Of a stretch of DNA of 64,000 bases, positions 56,771-63,474 are shown piece by piece. The position numbers and the translations under genes were made by a program. Position 1 is the first letter of the stretch. Each line of letters begins with the position of its first letter. The notes below the pieces were generated by a model. That model saw only the letters and a list, made by a program, of their open reading frames with translations, made no database searches and was not told where the DNA came from. Source of the DNA: Gemmatimonadota bacterium (GTDB taxonomy: Bacteria; Gemmatimonadota; Gemmatimonadetes; Palauibacterales; Palauibacteraceae); the NCBI GenBank assembly GCA_046757845.1, contig JBHHYZ010000007.1, forward strand, positions 7,896-71,895, in the 5' to 3' direction.

Positions 56771-57872
56771 CTCCCGTCGCCCCATCCTCTCCGGCCAGCG
56801 GCGCGCCACAGGCACCGCAGTACGCGTGCCCGGCCGGCAGGTCCGTCGCTCCGCACTGCCCGCAGGTTCGCAGCGGCGGCCCCCAGACCGCTTCCGATGA
56901 CTCGCCCCGGGCGGCCCGTTCGCGAATCAGCTGGTAGCGCGGGGCGCGCTTCTCGACGAAGGCCCGCATGCCCTCGACCGGCTCCCAACACGCGTAGTGG
57001 AGGGCCAGCCAGTCCTGGGCGTGCCGCACCGTGGAGCTCCAGGCGAAGTCCTTGAGGAAGTTCACCTGCTGCTTCGTGTACCGGGTGCACTCGGGGAAGG
57101 TGGCCAGGAGCCGCCGGCACAGGTCCTCCACGAACGCATCCAGGCGCGACAGATCGATCGAGTAGCCGTCCTCGCCCTTCTGCGCCTTGCGGATCTCCTC
57201 CGTCGAGGCCTCCTCGGCCCAGCCGTCCGCCCGGCGCACCGACGGCACCACCCAGTTGACCAACCCCCACTCCAGCGCCTTGACGGCGGGAATCGGCTCG
57301 TTGAGCAACAGGATCTCGCGGGCCCGCTTGTCGCCCACCACCAGGGGGAGCCATTGGGTGGAGCCCCCGCAGGCCACCGAGCCCACCTGGGAGCCGACCT
57401 GCTTGATGTAGGCGTGCTGGGCCATCACGGTGAGATCGCAGGCCAGCTGGCTCTCGTTCCCGCCCCCCACCGCCATCCCGTTGAGCCGGGCGATCACGGG
57501 CTTGCCGGTGTTGAGGATGCTCTCGACGTAGGAGCGGAACAGCGCCATGTACTTCCAGTAATCGCGCGGCGCGGGCACGTACAGGTCCGCGTACTCCTTG
57601 ACGTCACCCCCCGTGCAGAAGGCCCGCGTTCCCGCGCCGGTGAATACGATGACGCCGACGGAGTCGTCGAAGCTCGCATCCCGAAACGCGGCTGCGAGCT
57701 CCTCGAGCGCCGCGGTGGAGTACGCGTTGTAGCGCTCCGGCCGGTGGATGGTGATGCGGGCGACCCCATCCGCCTTGTCGTACAGGACCTCGCGCAGATT
57801 CAGCGCCGCGGGATCTCGCGGCTCGAATCGTCGCTGCGCTTCCGGCGTCCCCGTCTCTGTTCGCGTCGTCAT
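56763..57872 (-). CDS. long crotonase-superfamily protein (MenB/Oah-like; candidate 6-oxocyclohex-1-ene-1-carbonyl-CoA hydrolase) with C-terminal Cys4 zinc-ribbon tail
   Basis: 369 aa. Contains FCTGGDVKEY, ARLNGMAVGGGNESQLACDLTVMA, an insertion (SVRRADGWAEEASTEEIRKAQKGEDGYSIDLSRLDAFVEDL), and the tail CGQCG-x11-CGACG. Confidence 0.75.
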   Translation of the reverse strand: MTTRTETGTPEAQRRFEPRDPAALNLREVLYDKADGVARITIHRPERYNAYSTAALEELAAAFRDASFDDSVGVIVFTGAGTRAFCTGGDVKEYADLYVPAPRDYWKYMALFRSYVESILNTGKPVIARLNGMAVGGGNESQLACDLTVMAQHAYIKQVGSQVGSVACGGSTQWLPLVVGDKRAREILLLNEPIPAVKALEWGLVNWVVPSVRRADGWAEEASTEEIRKAQKGEDGYSIDLSRLDAFVEDLCRRLLATFPECTRYTKQQVNFLKDFAWSSTVRHAQDWLALHYACWEPVEGMRAFVEKRAPRYQLIRERAARGESSEAVWGPPLRTCGQCGATDLPAGHAYCGACGAPLAGEDGATGDE

Positions 57873-57883
57873 CTCATCCTCAC

Positions 57884-57904
57884 GGGCCGGCTCACCGCCG
57901 GCCC
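57884..57904 (-). terminator. perfect 8-bp GC hairpin between the tandem-domain gene and the oah-like gene (candidate terminator, no U-tract)
   Basis: gggccggc-tcacc-gccggccc. It lies 44 nt after the stop at 57948 and 12 nt before the oah-like start codon. Confidence 0.3.
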
Positions 57905-57947
57905 ATCCGGGCGGGTCCCCGGCCGAGGGCCGTGTGTCGGCCCCGCC

Positions 57948-60071
57948 TCAGTGGCCCTGCAGCTTCTCGGGCGCCTCCAGCGTGTTGGTCAGATCCGCCA
58001 CATAAGCCGGATCGTCCTTCTTCAAGGCCGGCCACCGCGCCCCCGGATCGGCGAGCAGGATCCCACCGATCTCCCCCATCGCCGGCTCGGGATCGGGCCG
58101 GCCCGTGGGGTTGTCGTACGCGACCACGATTCGGTACTGGTGGTCGCGGTGAATCGGGATGCCGCCCCGGGCCCACAGCAGAGCGGTCGGAACCCCCGTC
58201 ACGTGTCCGTTCTCATCCCGCTGCGGCTCGGCCTGCCAGACCACCTGGCCCGCCGTCACGTCCTCCAGGCGGATCGAGCGGGCCCGATCGTGCAGGTGAG
58301 CCCCTATGGCCACCAACCGCCCATCGATGGCGGGGCTCCCGGTCCAGGAGCGCTCCGTGCCACCCGCCGGCACGACGAAGGACTTCCGCCCCACCGGACC
58401 CATCACATCCAGGTAGAAGGGGTAGACATCCCTCGGGTGCACCGGGTTGGCGCCGGCTCTCGTGTAGGACAGAAACACGTGCAGGTAGGCTTCCGGGACG
58501 GCCGCCTTCGTGGGGCGCGCGAACATCGCGCTCACCATGAGCCGGGTCCCCTTCTTCACCGGATAGCCCAGGAAGCGCGGCATCTCCTGGCTTCCCGTCT
58601 CCCGCCCGGCCGCCATCACGCGCCGCGGGATCTCGGAGAACAGCTCCCGCTGATCGGGATCGATCAGGTTGATGTGGTGGAGCAGCTCGTCGGGCAGCTT
58701 GCGTCCCGCCCCGTCCGTCATCTCCCACCGGAACCCGTGCAACCATCCTTCCAGAGGCAGATCGATCAGCTGGACCGGCAGCCGCACGTGGTGTCCGCCC
58801 GGCGAGAGGCGGGCCGGGCCCACCACCAGCTCCAGCGCATTCTCGTCTGGATGGTCCACGATGCGGACCAGATGGTCTCGTCCCACCGGCAACGGAGGCG
58901 CCTGGGCGCGCGGACCCGATTCCGGGGCGACGGGGACCGGCTCGCGGAACCCCGGACCCTCCATCGTGGTGCTCGCCAGCACGTTCCGGTAGTCCGTCGC
59001 GTACAGGGGATCCCGCGGATCGGCCGGCGGCCAGTCGGCGGTGTTGCCCGGGATGAACACACCGGCCACCGACCCCATGCCGCCTTCGGGAATCGTCTTG
59101 CCGGTGGGGTTGTCGTAGGTCGCCGACACCCGGTAGACGTGGCTCGGATCGATCGGCACCCCCAGCTGCCCCTCCATGAACATCTTCACGGGGACGGATT
59201 CCAGCTGGCCGTCGGGCCGAGCCGTGGGGTGGATCTCATACAGCACTTTCCCCTCGGTCACGTCCTCGAGCTTCAGGTCCTGGGCGTAGGGGTGGAGGTG
59301 GCCTCCCACGGCGAGGATCGCTCCCGGGATCGCCGGACTGCCCTCCCAGGAGTGGACGGACCGGCCGGGCGGCAGGTCGAACGCCTTGCTGCCCAATGGA
59401 AAGCCCGCATCCATGTGAAACGGGTAGACGCGGTACAGCGGCGTCGTGCCCCGACTGTAGTCGAGGATCAGCCGGACGCGGACCCCCCGATAGCTCTGGG
59501 CGGTGGGGTTGTGCAGCATGGTGAGAAGGATGAACGGATCCCCTCCCTTGAGCGGCAGACCGAACAGCTCCTTGGGCACCCGTTGCGCCCCCGTCTCGCT
59601 GCCGGACGCGAACACGCGCCGCATGATCGGGAGGAACAGCTCCCGGCGCGTGGGGTCCAGCAGGTTGAAGTGGTGGATGACCAGGTGCGGCACCGGGTTG
59701 CCGTCCCGATCCACCGCCTCGGTCCGATAGCCGTGCACCATCAGGTCGAACGGAATCTCTCCGCGCTGCGGCATCATCTGTTGCAGCTTGTGGTGCGACG
59801 TGTGCGCCGGCAGGTCGATGGGCCCCAGCGCCAGCACCAACTCCTGCCGATCCGGATGATCCCGGATCGTGAGCAGATCGGACCCGAGCTCCTGGGCCCC
59901 GAGCGTACGGGCCGCCTGGGGCGCGAAGCACAGCACGGCCAGGACTGAGGCACCGCGCAGGGCCAGCCGGCCCGCATCTCCGCCGTCCGTCCTCCGCCTC
60001 CGGCGAACCGTCTGGTATCGACGCCGGATCGCACCGGCACGAATCGGGGTCATCCTCCGCCTCCTGCTCAT
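57948..60071 (-). CDS. secreted protein with two tandem His-rich domains resembling type II copper monooxygenase (PHM/DBH-like) catalytic cores
   Basis: 707 aa. Arg-rich N-terminus, then a signal-like segment ASVLAVLCFAPQAARTLGAQE. Two units of about 300 aa share the conserved motifs HH, WxHG(Y/F)R, (I/L)HH(F/I)NL(L/I)DP, G(G/A)HLH, YDNPTG and (G/A)MG. Confidence 0.7.
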   Translation of the reverse strand: MSRRRRMTPIRAGAIRRRYQTVRRRRRTDGGDAGRLALRGASVLAVLCFAPQAARTLGAQELGSDLLTIRDHPDRQELVLALGPIDLPAHTSHHKLQQMMPQRGEIPFDLMVHGYRTEAVDRDGNPVPHLVIHHFNLLDPTRRELFLPIMRRVFASGSETGAQRVPKELFGLPLKGGDPFILLTMLHNPTAQSYRGVRVRLILDYSRGTTPLYRVYPFHMDAGFPLGSKAFDLPPGRSVHSWEGSPAIPGAILAVGGHLHPYAQDLKLEDVTEGKVLYEIHPTARPDGQLESVPVKMFMEGQLGVPIDPSHVYRVSATYDNPTGKTIPEGGMGSVAGVFIPGNTADWPPADPRDPLYATDYRNVLASTTMEGPGFREPVPVAPESGPRAQAPPLPVGRDHLVRIVDHPDENALELVVGPARLSPGGHHVRLPVQLIDLPLEGWLHGFRWEMTDGAGRKLPDELLHHINLIDPDQRELFSEIPRRVMAAGRETGSQEMPRFLGYPVKKGTRLMVSAMFARPTKAAVPEAYLHVFLSYTRAGANPVHPRDVYPFYLDVMGPVGRKSFVVPAGGTERSWTGSPAIDGRLVAIGAHLHDRARSIRLEDVTAGQVVWQAEPQRDENGHVTGVPTALLWARGGIPIHRDHQYRIVVAYDNPTGRPDPEPAMGEIGGILLADPGARWPALKKDDPAYVADLTNTLEAPEKLQGH
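57981..59879 (-). repeat. intragenic tandem duplication at protein level (unit 1 nt 58977-59879, unit 2 nt 57981-58877)
   Basis: Manual alignment of aa 65-365 against aa 399-697 gives a constant offset of 332-334 aa for every conserved His/Met motif. Nucleotide identity is low, so the duplication is old. Confidence 0.8.
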
Positions 60072-60129
60072 GGGTGTGAGTGGGTCCGGGCTCTTGGGCG
60101 TGAAGGGACCGGAGCCGCGGGCGCGACCC

Positions 60130-60729
60130 TCACGCCGACCTCGCCGCGGGGGGCCACGAGAGCGCCAGTCCCCCGACCAGGTGCTCCGCGAACCGAGCGC
60201 CCAGCTCCGGCGCGCTCATCGAACCGTCCGGATCGTACCAGCGGGCGATCCAGTTGATCGCCCCCAGCAGAGCCAGAGTCGCGATCTTCGGGTCCACGGG
60301 CCGAAACTCCCCGGCTTCCACGCCCTCGGCCACCAGCTTCCGGACGCTCATCTCGTACCGGTCCCGGCGGGCCACGACCTCCGCTTGATGTTCCCGCGAC
60401 AGAGCCGGCACCTCGAAGGCCAGGGGAGAGCCTTGAAGAAGCTCGGTCATCACCCGGACGTGTTCTCGGATGACCTGCCCCAGCCGCTCCGTGGCCGTAT
60501 CATATCGGGTCCGCGCTTCGTCGAGCACGCGCTCCAGCTCGCTCAGGGAGCGGCGGTGGCACTCGTATAGGATGGACTCCTTATCGGGAAAATAATGGTA
60601 CAGCGCGGTCTTTCTCAGACCCAGGCGCCCGGCGATGTCCTCCAGGGTCGTCCCGTGGTAGCCCTTCTCGCGAAACGCGAGGAGAGCGGAGTGGAGGATC
60701 TCGTCCCGCCGCCGCAGCCGCTTCTTCAT
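60130..60729 (-). CDS. TetR/AcrR family transcriptional regulator
   Basis: Trimmed to MKKRLRRRDEILHSALLAFREKGYHGTTLEDIAGRLGLRKTALYHYFPDKESIL (TetR HTH). Possible longer N-terminus from ATG 60801 or 60816. Sits 58 nt upstream of the tandem-domain gene. Confidence 0.85.
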   Translation of the reverse strand: MKKRLRRRDEILHSALLAFREKGYHGTTLEDIAGRLGLRKTALYHYFPDKESILYECHRRSLSELERVLDEARTRYDTATERLGQVIREHVRVMTELLQGSPLAFEVPALSREHQAEVVARRDRYEMSVRKLVAEGVEAGEFRPVDPKIATLALLGAINWIARWYDPDGSMSAPELGARFAEHLVGGLALSWPPAARSA

Positions 60730-60800
60730 GACGTGCGGCGTGGGCCGCGGCGGACTCGGTCGCCCGGGGGCGGCCTGGGATCCGGCGGAGGCGGCTGGCA

Positions 60801-60970
60801 TTTTTCTCGAACGCATGGTAAAAATATTTAAGGTTGTTGGCTCCCTGTCAACCGTCGCCGAGATGCGGAAGTTCCCGGCACCGCGCATCCGTCACCGGAC
60901 TTGCAGGCGGCCGGACCGGATCCAATGATTAAGGATACAAAGGTATGAAAGGGGGTCGGCAGACGCCAGA
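60801..60970. promoter_or_regulatory. divergent TetR / Rrf2 intergenic control region with AT-rich patches
   Basis: tttttctcgaacgcatggtaaaaatatttaaggttgttgg (60801-60840) and tccaatgattaaggatacaaaggtatgaaaggggg (60921-60955). The second contains the short palindrome ATAC-aaag-GTAT. These are the lowest-GC stretches in the window. Confidence 0.4.
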
Positions 60971-61435
60971 ATGCTCTATTCCCTCACCTGCGAATACGCG
61001 ATTCGCGCGCTGACGTATCTGGCCCAACGCCCGCCCGGCCGACTGTCCCTGCTCGGTGACATCGCGGAGGCGTGCGACCTCCCCCGTCCGTTTCTGGGAA
61101 AGATCCTCCAGGATCTGGTCCGGCACGGGTTCCTGCGGTCCTCACGGGGACCGAGCGGCGGTTACGGGCTGGCCTATCCTCCGGCGGAGATCACCGTGCT
61201 GCAGATCAAGCAGGTGTTCGACGGACTCGAGGATCTGGAGCGCTGCGCGGTGGGACTGGACCCCTGCTCCGATGAGACCCCCTGTCCTCTCCACGAGCGC
61301 TTCAAGCCGTTGCGGGCGGCGATCCTCGCCTACCTGGAGGAGACGACGCTGGACGACCTGGTGCGCGGCCTGTGGGAGAAACAGGCGTTGCTGGAGCGGG
61401 CGAGGATCCGGGCCGGCCTGGCCAGGGAGTCCTGA
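60971..61435 (+). CDS. Rrf2 family transcriptional regulator with Fe-S type Cys3 motif (IscR/NsrR/BadM-like)
   Basis: 154 aa. N-terminus MLYSLTCEYAIRALTYLA and wHTH. Cys92-x6-Cys99-x5-Cys105 followed by His108 (CAVGLDPCSDETPCPLH, nt 61244-61294). Confidence 0.88.
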   Translation: MLYSLTCEYAIRALTYLAQRPPGRLSLLGDIAEACDLPRPFLGKILQDLVRHGFLRSSRGPSGGYGLAYPPAEITVLQIKQVFDGLEDLERCAVGLDPCSDETPCPLHERFKPLRAAILAYLEETTLDDLVRGLWEKQALLERARIRAGLARES

Positions 61436-61439
61436 GCGG

Positions 61440-63191
61440 TCAGTCCGCCGGGCACGCCGCCCGGTGCAGCTCGGCCAACAGCTCATCCAGCTCCAGAGCG
61501 TGCGCCCCGGCCGCGAACTCGAGCGTCTTGTCACGACCGCAGCACAGGTCCAGCCCATGGTCCGCCAGCACGGCCTCGGTTGCGGGATAGGCCTCGAAGA
61601 CCTGGGCGATCGTGGAGCTCGGCGTGATGGAGGTGCGAGTGAAGCGGACGATCCACGCTCCCGAGCTCTCCGGACGGGCGCGGTGCGCGAAGCCCCTGCG
61701 GGCCAGCGCGCGGCAGAGAGGAACCGGCTCGAACGGAGCCACGATCTCCAGTGCCCCACCCTCCGGGATCCGCTCGGCGGACGCCAGGATCCGGTTCAGC
61801 GGCTCCTCTCCCCTGGCCAGGATCGGCCGCACGTCCAGCCGATGGCGGGTCCCGCCACTCTCCGCCGATCGGTCCGCTCCCGCCCGGGCCGGCTCCGAGC
61901 GGGCCGCACCGGGCGATCTCACGACTTCCAGGGCCAGGCTCAGAGCGCCCAGTCCGAATATCCCCGCGCCCAGCACGGCGCCCGAACGGCTCGCCGCATC
62001 GATGGCCAGCGCCAGCGTCCCCGCTCCGGCGGAGAGCAGGAGCAGCCGAATCCAACCCAGCGGCCCGCTCCCGAGATCACCGATCCGGGGGACCCCCGGC
62101 TCTCCGGCCCGCTTCCCGAAGCGGTGGAGCCATCTGAGGAACGGCACGATGCGGGCGTACACGCCTCCAACCATGAGGGCCAGCCACCCCAGGATCCCGA
62201 CCACGCCGTACGCCGCCACCGCCTGCGGATCGGCGGGCCGGGAGAGCAGCAGGCCGAGGCCGAGGACGGTGGCGACGCCCAGGAAAGCATGCGCGACCGC
62301 CATCTGCACCAGATCCGATCCCAGCCGGCGGCGCTCCCGGCGCCGGAAGTAGGAGCCAGCCAGATACAGATACAGCGCGAGACTCGCCGCCAGGACGACG
62401 CCCCCTCCCACCTCCAGCGCCCCGACGCCCCGGATCGTGCCTCCGGCGAAGGCGCACAGGCCGACGAGCAGGAGCGGTCCGATCCAACGGAGCGGCCAGC
62501 TTGGATGGACCCGGGCAAGGAGGAACATCGGGAGCAGCCGGCTTCCGACCCCCACGACCGCGAGCGTGGCGAACCCCACGGCGGCCAGATGGGCGTGCGC
62601 CGCGAGAATCCCGGTGCGGTCCACGCTCCACCAGCCCTGATAGGCGCCGATGTTGGCGCCGATCAGGAGGAGAGCCAGGACCAGCACCAGCCGGGCGCTC
62701 TGCACGTAGGGACCGATGTAGCGGACGCGGGCCGGCGGATCGCTCGGCGGCCGAAGGTTCCAGATGTGCACGCCCACGGCCGCCAGGATCAGCAGCCAGC
62801 CGGGAGCGAGCCAGACCGGAGCCTGGAACCAGGAACCGCCCGCCAGGCACGCGATCCCACCCGTGAGAGCCCAGAACCCGGCGTGGCCGGTACGGATCCC
62901 GCGGGCCGGCGTCTGGAGGGCCACCGGAGCGATCTCGTACAGGGCGCCGAACAGCGTCGTCGTGATCCAGCCCAGCGTGAACAGATGGGTGACCGCGACC
63001 ACCCGGAACTGGAGGAAACCGCCGCGGGCCAGATCCGGCGCCACCGCCACCAGCCCCGCGGATCCCAGGACGAGCCACACGAGAGCGGCCGCGAAGTGCT
63101 CCGCCGGTAGAGAGAAGGGCGGCGCGAACCGCCGGGCCGAACGCTTCATCCTCCCGGGTTCGGACCGCCTTCGACGTCCAGTTTCGGCCAT
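61440..63191 (-). CDS. 12-TM His-bearing membrane protein fused to C-terminal DUF2249-like and ScdA_N (RIC N-terminal)-like domains
   Basis: Start at ATG 63191 (GAGGGGGG upstream) or ATG 63149. Twelve hydrophobic helices include THLFTLGWITTTLFGALYEIAP and AHAHLAAVGFATLAVVGVGSRLLP. The tail (61440-61850) has LDVRPILARGEEPLNRIL...ALEIVAPFEPVPL (DUF2249-like), then TIAQVFEAYPATEAVLADHGLDLCCGRDKTLEFAA (ScdA_N-like CCG motif). Confidence 0.7.
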   Translation of the reverse strand: MAETGRRRRSEPGRMKRSARRFAPPFSLPAEHFAAALVWLVLGSAGLVAVAPDLARGGFLQFRVVAVTHLFTLGWITTTLFGALYEIAPVALQTPARGIRTGHAGFWALTGGIACLAGGSWFQAPVWLAPGWLLILAAVGVHIWNLRPPSDPPARVRYIGPYVQSARLVLVLALLLIGANIGAYQGWWSVDRTGILAAHAHLAAVGFATLAVVGVGSRLLPMFLLARVHPSWPLRWIGPLLLVGLCAFAGGTIRGVGALEVGGGVVLAASLALYLYLAGSYFRRRERRRLGSDLVQMAVAHAFLGVATVLGLGLLLSRPADPQAVAAYGVVGILGWLALMVGGVYARIVPFLRWLHRFGKRAGEPGVPRIGDLGSGPLGWIRLLLLSAGAGTLALAIDAASRSGAVLGAGIFGLGALSLALEVVRSPGAARSEPARAGADRSAESGGTRHRLDVRPILARGEEPLNRILASAERIPEGGALEIVAPFEPVPLCRALARRGFAHRARPESSGAWIVRFTRTSITPSSTIAQVFEAYPATEAVLADHGLDLCCGRDKTLEFAAGAHALELDELLAELHRAACPAD

Positions 63192-63474
63192 CGCGGACCC
63201 CCCTCGCGCGTTGGGGCGAGCCACTGTCGATCCCGCGAGGCCGCCCCCACCAACGGATCCGCGAGAACCTCTCGCATCGAGGGGCACGGGACAAGCGGCG
63301 AACAGCCGCCTCGCCGAAGCCACGAGACGGACCGCCCCGGAGCCCTGCCCGGCGCCCGGGCCGGCATCCCGCCGCCCGTCCGCGGGAGCCGGAGGCCGCA
63401 TCTTCCCACCCGGCCCGCTCGCGTGCATACTCACATCCTGACTGGTCAAACGACCTCCGAACCCGGGGACGGAA

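Noticed and set aside
59982-60071. The Arg-rich N-terminus of the tandem-domain protein (MSRRRRMTPIRAGAIRRRYQTVRRRRRTDGG), considered as a twin-arginine (Tat) signal.
   Set aside because: It does not match the S/T-R-R-x-F-L-K consensus, and the Arg run lies about 10 residues or more before the hydrophobic core. It may simply reflect an upstream-extended start. By contrast, the M24 peptidase (MLSRRAFVGAS) does look Tat-like.
60971-61435. Calling the Rrf2 regulator BadM, the dedicated repressor of the adjacent benzoyl-CoA reductase genes.
   Set aside because: It is transcribed away from the operon and about 3 kb from it. It is separated from it by a TetR gene and the tandem-domain gene, and its Cys3 motif fits IscR/NsrR equally well. 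It is kept only as a weak possibility in the findings.
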